From an uncultured Candidatus Saccharibacteria bacterium (GTDB lineage Bacteria > Patescibacteriota > Saccharimonadia > CAILAD01 > JADZBC01), in contig CAZCAO010000001.1 in NCBI GenBank assembly GCA_964496815.1, forward strand, positions 17,803-81,802: a DNA stretch of 64,000 bases. The letters are read 5' to 3'. Below the pieces are notes generated by a model. That model made no database searches, had not been told where the DNA came from, and saw only the letters and a program-made list of their open reading frames with translations. A program made the translations under genes and the position numbers. This document shows positions 57,101-64,000 of this stretch, piece after piece. Position 1 is the first letter of the stretch, and every line of letters starts with the position of its first letter.

Positions 57101-60100
57101 GGCATATCGCGGCGACATACGACGGTAGCACGATGAAGCTGTATATTAATGGCGCACTTGATGCTTCGGGCGCAACTTCTTTATCGATGCCCGACACAAA
57201 TACCAGCCTCTATATTGGGCGATCGTATGGCACGCAGGGTTCGAGTGGGAATCAAGCATACTATAACGGCAGTTTAGATGAGATTCGTATTAGCAATAGC
57301 GTTCGAACGAGTTTTACATCGAAACCCTATACTGCCAGTCGGGTGGGTGTTCGACTCACTAATCCAGTTTATACGAGCGGCATTGCCAGTTGGGATGGTT
57401 TGGCGAGTAGTTATAGCGCCGATGGTGGCAGTGTGCTGTTTAGACTTTCTATAGACGGCGGAACAACCTGGCGATATTGGGATGGCTTTGCTTGGCAAAC
57501 GTCAGCGGGGCTAGAACAGGCAAACGCAATTGCCGATATTAACGCCAATATACCCTCGATTGGAGTTACATCGGGAGGGATTGTGTGGCAAGCTGTGTTA
57601 CAGGGCGATGGCAATCAGCGTCCATCGATAAGCTCGACTACCCTAACTGCCACAGCGGACACAACTGCCCCTGGTCAAAACGCGGCTAATACCATTATGA
57701 AGACGTCTCCTACCGGAGCGACGGTTGCCGAAGGGGCCTGGACCAATGCGGCCACACCGTACTTTAGTTGGGATGCCGCAATCGACACCCAGTCGACAAT
57801 TAAGGCATATTGCCTCTACCTGGGCCAGTCAAACAGTGATGACCCTCTGACGTCGAAAGGTCTGCTCGGTACGAGTCCGATTGACCTGACAAATACTTGC
57901 CCATTTGCCGTTTCAGGGCAGGACCTTGATCTTGCCACGAATGGGTTGTTGGCGAGTGTGCTGACAAGTTCTTCGAACCCATATTATCTAAACATTAAGG
58001 CAATTGATAACGCTGGCAATGTTGCGGCTAATAGTGAGCAATTTTCATTCCGCTATGATGGAATCGTCCCATCAAACCCCCTCTTCGTTTCCACTCCGTC
58101 GCAATTTGTGGCCAACAAGCAGGTGACGATTACCTGGCCGACCGTCGGGGGAGATGCGGCGCTTGATCAGCATTCCGGGGTTGTAGGCTTGCAATATCGC
58201 ATTGGTACCAATGGTACTTGGTATGGCGACAGTCATACCGGTGCGCAAGACAGTACTGATCTGCTGGCAAACGACGGTAGTTATCAGACGATTGATCCAA
58301 CTGACTTTGATACCTTGCAGGATGGTAATAATACCGTTTACTTTAGGACCTGGGATGCGGCGGGCAATGTGTCGAATGCATATGTTACTGGCGTGATTAA
58401 GATAAATACATCATCACCTTCTGTTCCCCAGAATTTATCAGCTACACCGACGACAAATACGACGAATAGCTTTGCCTTTGATTGGCTCGCGCCGGCTAGT
58501 TTTGGCGGTTCAGCGGCTAACTTAACGTACTGTTATACAATAAATACTCTGCCTTCAGCTAACACGTGTAGCTTCACGGCTGCCGGCGTAACGAATTTGA
58601 TTGCCAACGCTTATGCCACGCAGCCAGGAGCCAACACGATGTATGTGGTAGCTAAGGATGAGGCGGGTAATATAAATTATGCCACTTATGCCTCGGTTAC
58701 CTTTACGGCCAACACGTCAGCGCCTGGACTGCCGCTCAATGCAGATATCGCCGACATCAGCGTCAAGGCTACATCAAATTGGAAGTTGGCAGTATCTTGG
58801 GAAGAGCCAACTGACGTCGGAGCAGGTGTTGCTCAATATCGAGTCTATCGATCTGTCGACGATATTACCTATACGCAGATAGCGAGTACCTCGGGTGCTA
58901 GCTATGTTGACACCGGCCTTTCTCCAATACGGTATTACTATAAAGTTAAAGCCTGCGACTCTGCTAATAACTGCGGCGCCACGACGCTGCAGGTTAATCA
59001 AAAGCCAACAGGTAAATTTACTACCCCTGCTAGCTTGGTTTCTGATCCGGTCGTGTCTGACGTGAGTACGCGACGAGCTACCGTGAGCTGGTCGACTGAT
59101 CGTGATAGTGATAGCCGTATTCAATTTGGCAAAAGTTCTGGTAACTACTTTGCTACAGAAGTCGCAAGCTCTGCACAGACCACGAGTCACAACATAACGA
59201 TTAACAATTTAACCTCGGGAACAACCTATTATGCTCGTGCTCGCTGGACCGACGAGGACGGCAACATCGGTACTTCTGAGGAGTTTATGTTTAGTACCAG
59301 TCCAGCACCGACAGTCAAAGAAGTAACCAATAAACAGATTGGACTTGGTAGTGCTACAGTCCAATTTACATCCAAGGAGGCCACCAAGGTCAAGGTGCTT
59401 TATGGTAAATCAGAGAGTTTTGGCGGGGCGCAGGAGATTAATACAGCCACGCAAGAATCTACTTACACGACCGTGCTATCGAACTTAGAGGATGGTACGA
59501 AGTATTACTATAAGCTCAACACCTATGATAGCGAAGATAATGAGTATGAAGGCAATGTCTACTCGCTTACAACTCCTGCCCGACCTCGTATTAGCAACCT
59601 GCGCTTCGAGCCAGTTGAAGGCGAGCCTACAAGTACGCAGCGGGTCTCGTGGACTACCAACGTACCGACAAGCTCCGAGGTAAGCTACGGCGCGCAGGGT
59701 CAGTCATCTCAAGAACAGTTAGACAGTCAATTAACCCTTGATCACAGCATTGTGATTCGCGGCCTGACTGATGATAGCATATATTCCCTGGTTGCACGTT
59801 CTCGAGATAGCCAGGGCAACGCCGCAGTAAGTGAGACGCAGACATTCCGTACCGCACTAGACACCCGTCCGCCGAAGATAAGTAGCGTTGTGGTCAAAAG
59901 TGCGGTGCGTGGTAGCGGGGCCGATGCACGGGGACAAGTTATTGTAAGCTGGCAGACTGATGAGCCGGCAACCAGCCAAGTGGCGTTTAGTCAGGGCTCT
60001 TTGGGCGGGGAGTTGGCTTCAAGGACCGCAGAAGACGCAAAGTTGGTTACCGACCACCTAGTGATCGTATCTGACCTGACCCCGTCGAAGGTCTACCAAG

Positions 60101-60237
60101 TTCAGGCTTTATCGAAGGATCGTAGTAGTAATCCGGCGAAATCACTCGATCAAACAACAATTGTTGGTAAGGCTCCAGCCAGTATTTTTGACATCGTATT
60201 TAAAACGCTACAGAGCATATTTAGCTTTGTAAAATAG
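54187..60237 (+). CDS. Giant cell-surface protein: N-terminal anchor, LamG-like domains, ~18 tandem ~55-aa beta-propeller-type repeats, C-terminal FN3-like domains
   Basis: 2016 aa; repeats 'GDGEVWRWNGSSWSKIGGDGINSGWAA..Y..V.S......LYAG'; LamG-like 'LYHLDESNGTSASDDSSNNNTGLL...'; FN3-like 'ATVSWSTDRDSDSRIQFG'; true start possibly internal (MYSKWHGW...). Confidence 0.85.
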   Translation: MRRAAERGRTVFVRTKIPHHAKRARVVVAAHARRAHSATLGRAHSHLVTRVPMYSKWHGWKHHKHVHHGVLAAVLVAGTLNILLFRSAFALSDITQLWNFSSQSDYTLSDTNALEYSGNSVRLKAQNYTSDANTMALYHLDESNGTSASDDSSNNNTGLLANAPAWGAGNLNNALTLNGTNQSVSAADSSSLSLSQSNSLEAWSKLGSSFSANSQQNDQVIMDKGSYKLYYDHETGKPTYELENSSATSWTPQAGNGQNNSWNTSGPTATKASVVHDNNLYIGTAGGAGYAQVWGYTGSAWTKIGGDGINSGWAANTYEEVDSLTSDGTYLYAGLGTTTGDGEVWRWNGSSWSKIGGDGINSGWAAATYESVASMTYMGGNLYAGLGASGGDGEVWKWNGTSWTKIGGDSINSGFNIGTVVSLANDGTYVYAGTGTAAGDADVWRWDGAIWTQLGGDGLNSSWAAGTYQQVLSMFVQGGQLYVGTGAGTSLGEVWKWSGSAWARLASSGTGFPAATYEGVWSITGDGTNLYVGTGNSQNDGDVYKYNGSTWSQIGGDALSSGWTQGYIVYSLTWFNGKLYADATQASSGDVFYSWNGSAWTREGGMYYGGSWGMINLNSVRSMTTANGKLYAGLAGNSNASVFEYTGSAWRIIGAPGLNSAWGVSQISEVNAMTSMGGQLYIGTSGGQNGDAELWRWNGTSWAQVGGDGINSSWNGSYTRIYAMASDGTNLYAGVGSTGGNGEVWRYSGSTWTRIGGAGANGSWNGTYRNIYSLVVSEGNLYVGSYGSTNNSADVWKWNGSSWTQIGGDGLNSGWNFSSIGNGEVGSLAVYGNKLYAGIGSLSAGDASVWSWDGAAWTKVGGDDVNGSWTTSTYERVASMVVYNGQLYAGLGSTGSNGELWRYNGSTWTQVGGDSLNGGWSSSIESVRSLAVYKGKLFAGLGDTQNSDALIYSYGNNGFLQGSTSSFDTAWRHIAATYDGSTMKLYINGALDASGATSLSMPDTNTSLYIGRSYGTQGSSGNQAYYNGSLDEIRISNSVRTSFTSKPYTASRVGVRLTNPVYTSGIASWDGLASSYSADGGSVLFRLSIDGGTTWRYWDGFAWQTSAGLEQANAIADINANIPSIGVTSGGIVWQAVLQGDGNQRPSISSTTLTATADTTAPGQNAANTIMKTSPTGATVAEGAWTNAATPYFSWDAAIDTQSTIKAYCLYLGQSNSDDPLTSKGLLGTSPIDLTNTCPFAVSGQDLDLATNGLLASVLTSSSNPYYLNIKAIDNAGNVAANSEQFSFRYDGIVPSNPLFVSTPSQFVANKQVTITWPTVGGDAALDQHSGVVGLQYRIGTNGTWYGDSHTGAQDSTDLLANDGSYQTIDPTDFDTLQDGNNTVYFRTWDAAGNVSNAYVTGVIKINTSSPSVPQNLSATPTTNTTNSFAFDWLAPASFGGSAANLTYCYTINTLPSANTCSFTAAGVTNLIANAYATQPGANTMYVVAKDEAGNINYATYASVTFTANTSAPGLPLNADIADISVKATSNWKLAVSWEEPTDVGAGVAQYRVYRSVDDITYTQIASTSGASYVDTGLSPIRYYYKVKACDSANNCGATTLQVNQKPTGKFTTPASLVSDPVVSDVSTRRATVSWSTDRDSDSRIQFGKSSGNYFATEVASSAQTTSHNITINNLTSGTTYYARARWTDEDGNIGTSEEFMFSTSPAPTVKEVTNKQIGLGSATVQFTSKEATKVKVLYGKSESFGGAQEINTATQESTYTTVLSNLEDGTKYYYKLNTYDSEDNEYEGNVYSLTTPARPRISNLRFEPVEGEPTSTQRVSWTTNVPTSSEVSYGAQGQSSQEQLDSQLTLDHSIVIRGLTDDSIYSLVARSRDSQGNAAVSETQTFRTALDTRPPKISSVVVKSAVRGSGADARGQVIVSWQTDEPATSQVAFSQGSLGGELASRTAEDAKLVTDHLVIVSDLTPSKVYQVQALSKDRSSNPAKSLDQTTIVGKAPASIFDIVFKTLQSIFSFVK
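55050..57040 (+). repeat. Tandem intragenic repeats (DNA and protein level)
   Basis: e.g. 'ggtgatggcataaactcaggctgggcagca' occurs near-identically at ~55095 and ~55257. Confidence 0.7.
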
Positions 60238-60247
60238 GGAAAAGATT

Positions 60248-61018
60248 ATGCAATATTTGATTGAATTTAAAAACGTAGAAAAGAGCTTTGAGGTAGAAGA
60301 GCGCCAAGTTCCAGTATTGCATGATATCAATTTGGCCATCAAGCCGAATTCGTTTGTTATTGTGTATGGCCCTTCGGGCAGCGGCAAAAGTACATTGCTT
60401 AACATCATGATGGGCCTAGAGCCTCCTACGAGAGGGTCTGTACGCATCGACGGCCAAGAGATTTATAACGAGTCCGCCCGTTCACGAGCACTCTATAGGT
60501 CAAAAAATCTAGGGGCTATTTATCAGTCAATGTACTGGATAAAAAGCCTTTCGGTAATTCAAAACGTAGCGCTACCACTTATGTTGGCGGGCCAGACTCG
60601 TGCTCAGGCGCAAGCTACTGCAATGCAAAAGCTTAAGCTCGTTGGTATGGACAAGTTTTCACGTTATGCGCCCAGCTTGCTATCGGGTGGTCAGCAGCAA
60701 AGGGTCGCTATGGCAAGGGCTTTGGTTTCTGAGCCATCAATTCTGGTAGCAGATGAGCCAACGGGCAATTTAGATAGTAAGACAGGAGATGAGGCCATGC
60801 GTCTGCTGCATAATTACCACAAATCAAGCGGCTGTACGATTATACTTGTTACGCATAACTTAGAATATCTCTCAATGAGCAAAGAGCGTTATTACATGCA
60901 GGATGGACGTCTAAAGCAAGATAGGGATATGCACACCGAGCATGTCAGCCGACTTGTAAGCCAAATGCGCAACCGTCTTGATCGAAACCAAGCAGGGCCC
61001 GAAAGGAAAATGCAGTAA
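60248..61018 (+). CDS. ABC transporter ATP-binding protein (MacB/FtsE-type)
   Basis: Walker A 'GPSGSGKSTL', 'LSGGQQQR', 'LVADEPTGNLD'. Confidence 0.85.
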   Translation: MQYLIEFKNVEKSFEVEERQVPVLHDINLAIKPNSFVIVYGPSGSGKSTLLNIMMGLEPPTRGSVRIDGQEIYNESARSRALYRSKNLGAIYQSMYWIKSLSVIQNVALPLMLAGQTRAQAQATAMQKLKLVGMDKFSRYAPSLLSGGQQQRVAMARALVSEPSILVADEPTGNLDSKTGDEAMRLLHNYHKSSGCTIILVTHNLEYLSMSKERYYMQDGRLKQDRDMHTEHVSRLVSQMRNRLDRNQAGPERKMQ

Positions 61019-62268
61019 TGCTGAGTAGAGTTAAACGTGTATTGCCAAACAGGAAGGGTGAAAAAGGTCAGCCGCGCCTAAGTTTCTTGCTGTCGATGGC
61101 ATTGAGTAACTTGCGCTTCAAAAAACTCCGTACCTCGCTGACTGTTGCAGGGGTGGTCATTGGTATTGGATCAATCGTATTCTTGGTATCACTTGGCATG
61201 GGTTTACAGAACTTAGTTACCAAACGAGTTGTCAGCTCTGATTCGGTAAGGACAATCGAGGTGACAACACCCGACCCTACGCTGGTTAAGCTCAACGATC
61301 GTGCAGTTGATCAGTTTAGGAACTTTGGTTCGTTTCTAAACGTAACGCAAATCTATTCTTACCCTGGCAATATCAGTGCCGATGCTGCTCTTACGGACAG
61401 TGTCGTGTATGGTATCGATAGTGCTTACACTAAAGTTGTATTACCCCAAAAACTAGCAGGTGATGTCGTGAAAGATCTCGGACCGAATGATGTGGTTATA
61501 GGGAGCTCTTTATTGCAGCCACTTAACATTAGCTCTGCCCAAAAGGCAATAGGTAAGGCAATTAAGATAAGCATAGTCGTGCCGGATGTTCAGGGTCAAA
61601 CTAAAGCAGGCAAGACGGTAATGCAGGAGTTCGTCATCCGTGGAGTAGTGGAGAGTGGTGCTGGGACTGACGTCTATATCAGTCAAAGGATTTTTAAGGA
61701 CCTCAGTTTAGGAGAGTACGAGCAGGTTAAGCTAGTAGTAAAAGAACAGAGCGCTACTCCCGATATTCGCAAGCGTATTGAGGCGCTCGGTTTTGCGACA
61801 GCCTCGCCTATAGACACATTGCAGCAGATCAATCAGCTTTTCACCTTCTTTAACTTCATTCTCGCCGGCTTTGGTAGTATTGGTATGCTAATCGCGGTTC
61901 TAGGCATGCTAAATACCCTAACTATTTCCCTTTTGGAGCGAACGCAAGAAATTGGCTTGATTGTGTCACTTGGTGGAACTGAGACCGACATAAAAAAGCT
62001 ATTTGTATCCGAATCTCTAATCCTGTCAGTTGCAGGCGGCGCTTTAGGGATTTTGATGGCCTATGGCGGCGGCGGAGTTATCGATCTAGCTCTCAACGGT
62101 TTAGCTAAGCGCCAAGGCTTGACTGAGGAATTCAGTTTGTTCTCGTTACCTTTAACTCTGATTGTAGCCGTTGTAGTATTCATGATAGTGGTTGGCTTGG
62201 CAGTCGTTTATATTCCGGCACGTCGTGCTGCGCGCATTAATCCGATTATTGCCCTGAGAAGAGAGTAG
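61018..62268 (+). CDS. ABC transporter permease, FtsX/MacB-like
   Basis: N-terminal TM, extracytoplasmic domain, C-terminal 3-TM FtsX module; ATGA-type overlap. Confidence 0.85.
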   Translation: MLSRVKRVLPNRKGEKGQPRLSFLLSMALSNLRFKKLRTSLTVAGVVIGIGSIVFLVSLGMGLQNLVTKRVVSSDSVRTIEVTTPDPTLVKLNDRAVDQFRNFGSFLNVTQIYSYPGNISADAALTDSVVYGIDSAYTKVVLPQKLAGDVVKDLGPNDVVIGSSLLQPLNISSAQKAIGKAIKISIVVPDVQGQTKAGKTVMQEFVIRGVVESGAGTDVYISQRIFKDLSLGEYEQVKLVVKEQSATPDIRKRIEALGFATASPIDTLQQINQLFTFFNFILAGFGSIGMLIAVLGMLNTLTISLLERTQEIGLIVSLGGTETDIKKLFVSESLILSVAGGALGILMAYGGGGVIDLALNGLAKRQGLTEEFSLFSLPLTLIVAVVVFMIVVGLAVVYIPARRAARINPIIALRRE

Positions 62269-62285
62269 ACCTTATAATATTAACC

Positions 62286-62654
62286 ATGAAAGAAAAATCT
62301 CAAACGTATGCTTTTGATTTTGACGGTGTGATAGCCGAGTACGATGGCTTTAAGGGGCATGATCATTTTGGCAATCCCATTGAGGCCACCGTTGAAGTAA
62401 TAAAAACACTTAAAAATCAAGGACACAAAATTCTCATTTATAGTACGCGCAGTGCAGAGTCCCTGAGCAAATACTGTACACAACATAGTATTCCTGTCGA
62501 TTACTACAATGAAAACCCAGAAGTCAGGACTGATAGCCCGAAGCCCGTAGCCTATTTATATATCGACGATCGATCAATAAGATTTGATGGACAATCAGCT
62601 GATCAGCTTCTGGAAGAAATTGATTCGTTCAAGGTCTATTGGAAGAAGTCCTAA
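62286..62654 (+). CDS. Small HAD-superfamily phosphatase-like protein
   Basis: 'FDFDGVI' HAD motif I, 'LIYSTRS' motif II-like; TATAAT 7 bp before ATG. Confidence 0.5.
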   Translation: MKEKSQTYAFDFDGVIAEYDGFKGHDHFGNPIEATVEVIKTLKNQGHKILIYSTRSAESLSKYCTQHSIPVDYYNENPEVRTDSPKPVAYLYIDDRSIRFDGQSADQLLEEIDSFKVYWKKS

Positions 62655-62677
62655 GAAGGCAGACGCCCCAAAAGATA

Positions 62678-62706
62678 TTGACTAATTAGTATATTTATAG
62701 TAAAAT
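62678..62706 (+). promoter_or_regulatory. sigma70-like promoter upstream of ppdK
   Basis: TTGACT-17 bp-TAAAAT. Confidence 0.5.
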
Positions 62707-62880
62707 ATACCCCTATTTATTACGACTTTTAAATCTATCTTGTCGGGTAAATCGTGCGACGAAGAATGTCGTTTTGACAGATGAATAGTTCTTTAGTGTG
62801 TTGATATGGGCAGGCGAATCAGCGATTAGTCTACAGGGTGAATGACTGCTCGCTGATTCGACTATCCCTTAGGAGGAACC

Positions 62881-64000
62881 ATGTCAGCATCACGTCAAGT
62901 GGTTTTCCTCTTCAACGAGGGGGATGAAGCCACCAGGACCCCTGCGTTTCGTGGGGGTAAGGGTGCAGGTTTGGCGGATATGGTGGCTCTCGGGCTGCCC
63001 GTTCCACCAGGCTTCACCATTGCTACCTCGGTTGCACGTGCATTCGCCGAAACCGGTCAGCTGCCCAAGCGGCTTGAAGGCCAGATTCGGCGGTCGATGC
63101 GCGTGATCGAGAAGTTGACCGGTCAGAAGTTTGGCGACACCGCGAGCCCCTTGCTGGTTTCGGTGCGCTCCGGCGCTCCCGTTTCCATGCCCGGCATGAT
63201 GGATACCGTCCTGAATGTCGGCTTGCGAAGGGAGATGCTTGGTTCACTCGAAAGTGCCAGCGGTCGAGAGTTCGCTGATGACACTTACGAGCGGTTCCTG
63301 CGTCAGTTCGGTTCTGCCGTTCTGGACCTTCCAGTCCAGGATGATCAGTTGCTCATCAAGGAGTCCGAAGGTCTTGTACCCGAAGATCCCTATGAGCAGC
63401 TGATGATGGCGATCCGAGCAGTCCTGCTTTCCTGGAATAGCGAGCGTGCTCGCACGTATCGCGACAACCAGGGGATCCCGCATTGGTGGGGAACTGCGGT
63501 AACCATTCAGGCAATGGCCTTTGGTAACCGAGATGATCAGTCGGCTACTGGTGTGGTGTTTAGCCATGACGTCAACACCGGCGCAGAGGTTCTCACCGGA
63601 GAATTCCTTGTTCGCGCCCAGGGTGAAGACATCGTGAGCGGCACCACGACGCCACAGTCGATCAATCGCATGCAGGCATGGAATCCGCAGCTCTACCAGG
63701 AGCTGCTGAACAGTGTCAGGCTGCTCTCTGATCATCTTGACAGCATGGTTGATGTCGAGTTCACCGTGGATAACGGCAAGCTCTTCATCCTCCAGGTTCG
63801 TCGTGCTACCCGTACGCCCCACGCCGCGGCTGCGTTCGCGGTTCGCCGAGTGTGGAGCCAGCGGTGGACGCACGTCGAGGCTGTCACGAGCCTCAGTGAA
63901 GCCGAACTCGAACAGCTCGAGGACGGTCAGGCCATGATGGAAGGAGATTCTACGCAACTGATTGCTGCCGGTATGCCCGCCTCGAACGGATGTGCTGTTG
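62881..64000 (+). CDS. ppdK: Pyruvate, phosphate dikinase (N-terminal part; runs off window end)
   Basis: Open frame from ATG at 62881 (AGGAGG 6 nt upstream) to window end; 'GGKGAGLADMVALGLPVPPGF', 'FGDTASPLLVSVRSGAPVSMPGMMDTVLNVGL' match PPDK N-terminal nucleotide-binding domain; absent from ORF track because no stop in window. Confidence 0.85.
   Translation, partial: MSASRQVVFLFNEGDEATRTPAFRGGKGAGLADMVALGLPVPPGFTIATSVARAFAETGQLPKRLEGQIRRSMRVIEKLTGQKFGDTASPLLVSVRSGAPVSMPGMMDTVLNVGLRREMLGSLESASGREFADDTYERFLRQFGSAVLDLPVQDDQLLIKESEGLVPEDPYEQLMMAIRAVLLSWNSERARTYRDNQGIPHWWGTAVTIQAMAFGNRDDQSATGVVFSHDVNTGAEVLTGEFLVRAQGEDIVSGTTTPQSINRMQAWNPQLYQELLNSVRLLSDHLDSMVDVEFTVDNGKLFILQVRRATRTPHAAAAFAVRRVWSQRWTHVEAVTSLSEAELEQLEDGQAMMEGDSTQLIAAGMPASNGCAV

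Noticed and set aside
54163-59857. Short ORFs within or antisense to the giant surface protein gene
   Set aside because: Embedded in a continuous 2016-codon frame with repetitive domain architecture. Considered artefacts of repeat composition.
63244-63957. 237-aa minus-strand ORF at window end
   Set aside because: Antisense shadow of the much better supported ppdK frame, which is uninterrupted from 62881 with RBS and diagnostic motifs.
1-64000. CRISPR arrays, tRNA/rRNA genes, transposases/integrases
   Set aside because: No short direct-repeat/spacer arrays, no cloverleaf-compatible GGTTCGANTCC-containing segments in any intergenic region, and no transposase or integrase-like ORFs were seen.

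Overview
This 64 kb window looks like a compact, gene-dense bacterial chromosome segment, with about 63 protein genes on both strands and a background of roughly 47-52% GC.

Housekeeping genes dominate:
- Replication and division: recJ, ftsA, ftsZ, nrdR, an FtsW/RodA homologue, parA and parB.
- Translation: rpsU, ybeY, map, ileS, rplU, hisS, typA, prfA, prmC and rpmE.
- Metabolism and stress: pyk, adk, trxB, a short Rel/SpoT homologue and a partial ppdK that runs off the 3' end.

Envelope and secretion genes are also numerous:
- signal peptidase I, an LCP protein, HtrA, a DUF2207 protein, a PGPGW protein, and two MacB-type and one MsbA-type ABC systems;
- a 2016-aa repeat-rich surface protein;
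- a pilin-like protein with a zinc ribbon;
- an Rpf-like transglycosylase.

The combination of ftsA, pilin-like proteins, a small-genome gene set and several 'actinobacterial' genes (Rpf, LCP, PGPGW) suggests a reduced-genome lineage such as Patescibacteria/Saccharibacteria. That placement is inference only. No rRNA, tRNA, CRISPR array or obvious mobile element was found.

Features not explained by standard gene calls:
1. A GC-rich (~60%) 1.7 kb island at 42.2-43.9 kb holds three single-gene minus-strand units, each with its own promoter, ribosome-binding site and a near-identical terminator hairpin from one repeat family. One unit encodes a free-standing RNA polymerase alpha C-terminal-domain-like protein.
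2. Two GC-rich structured non-coding elements have their own promoter and terminator. One lies on the minus strand upstream of the Rpf gene and loosely resembles a ydaO-type cyclic-di-AMP riboswitch. The other is a ~415 nt plus-strand transcript at 53.5-53.95 kb that matches no family I can recognise.
3. A candidate T-box leader precedes ileS.
4. About 14 genes carry a -10 hexamer 6-8 bp upstream of the ATG, implying leaderless mRNAs.
5. A 282-aa protein keeps the N- and C-terminal motifs of EPSP synthase but lacks the middle; it is translationally coupled to a VOC/glyoxalase-family gene.
6. A small acidic peptide ending in Cys-x-x-Cys sits next to a PQ-loop (SemiSWEET-like) membrane protein.

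All coordinates come from reading the sequence and the supplied ORF track; no database searches were possible.
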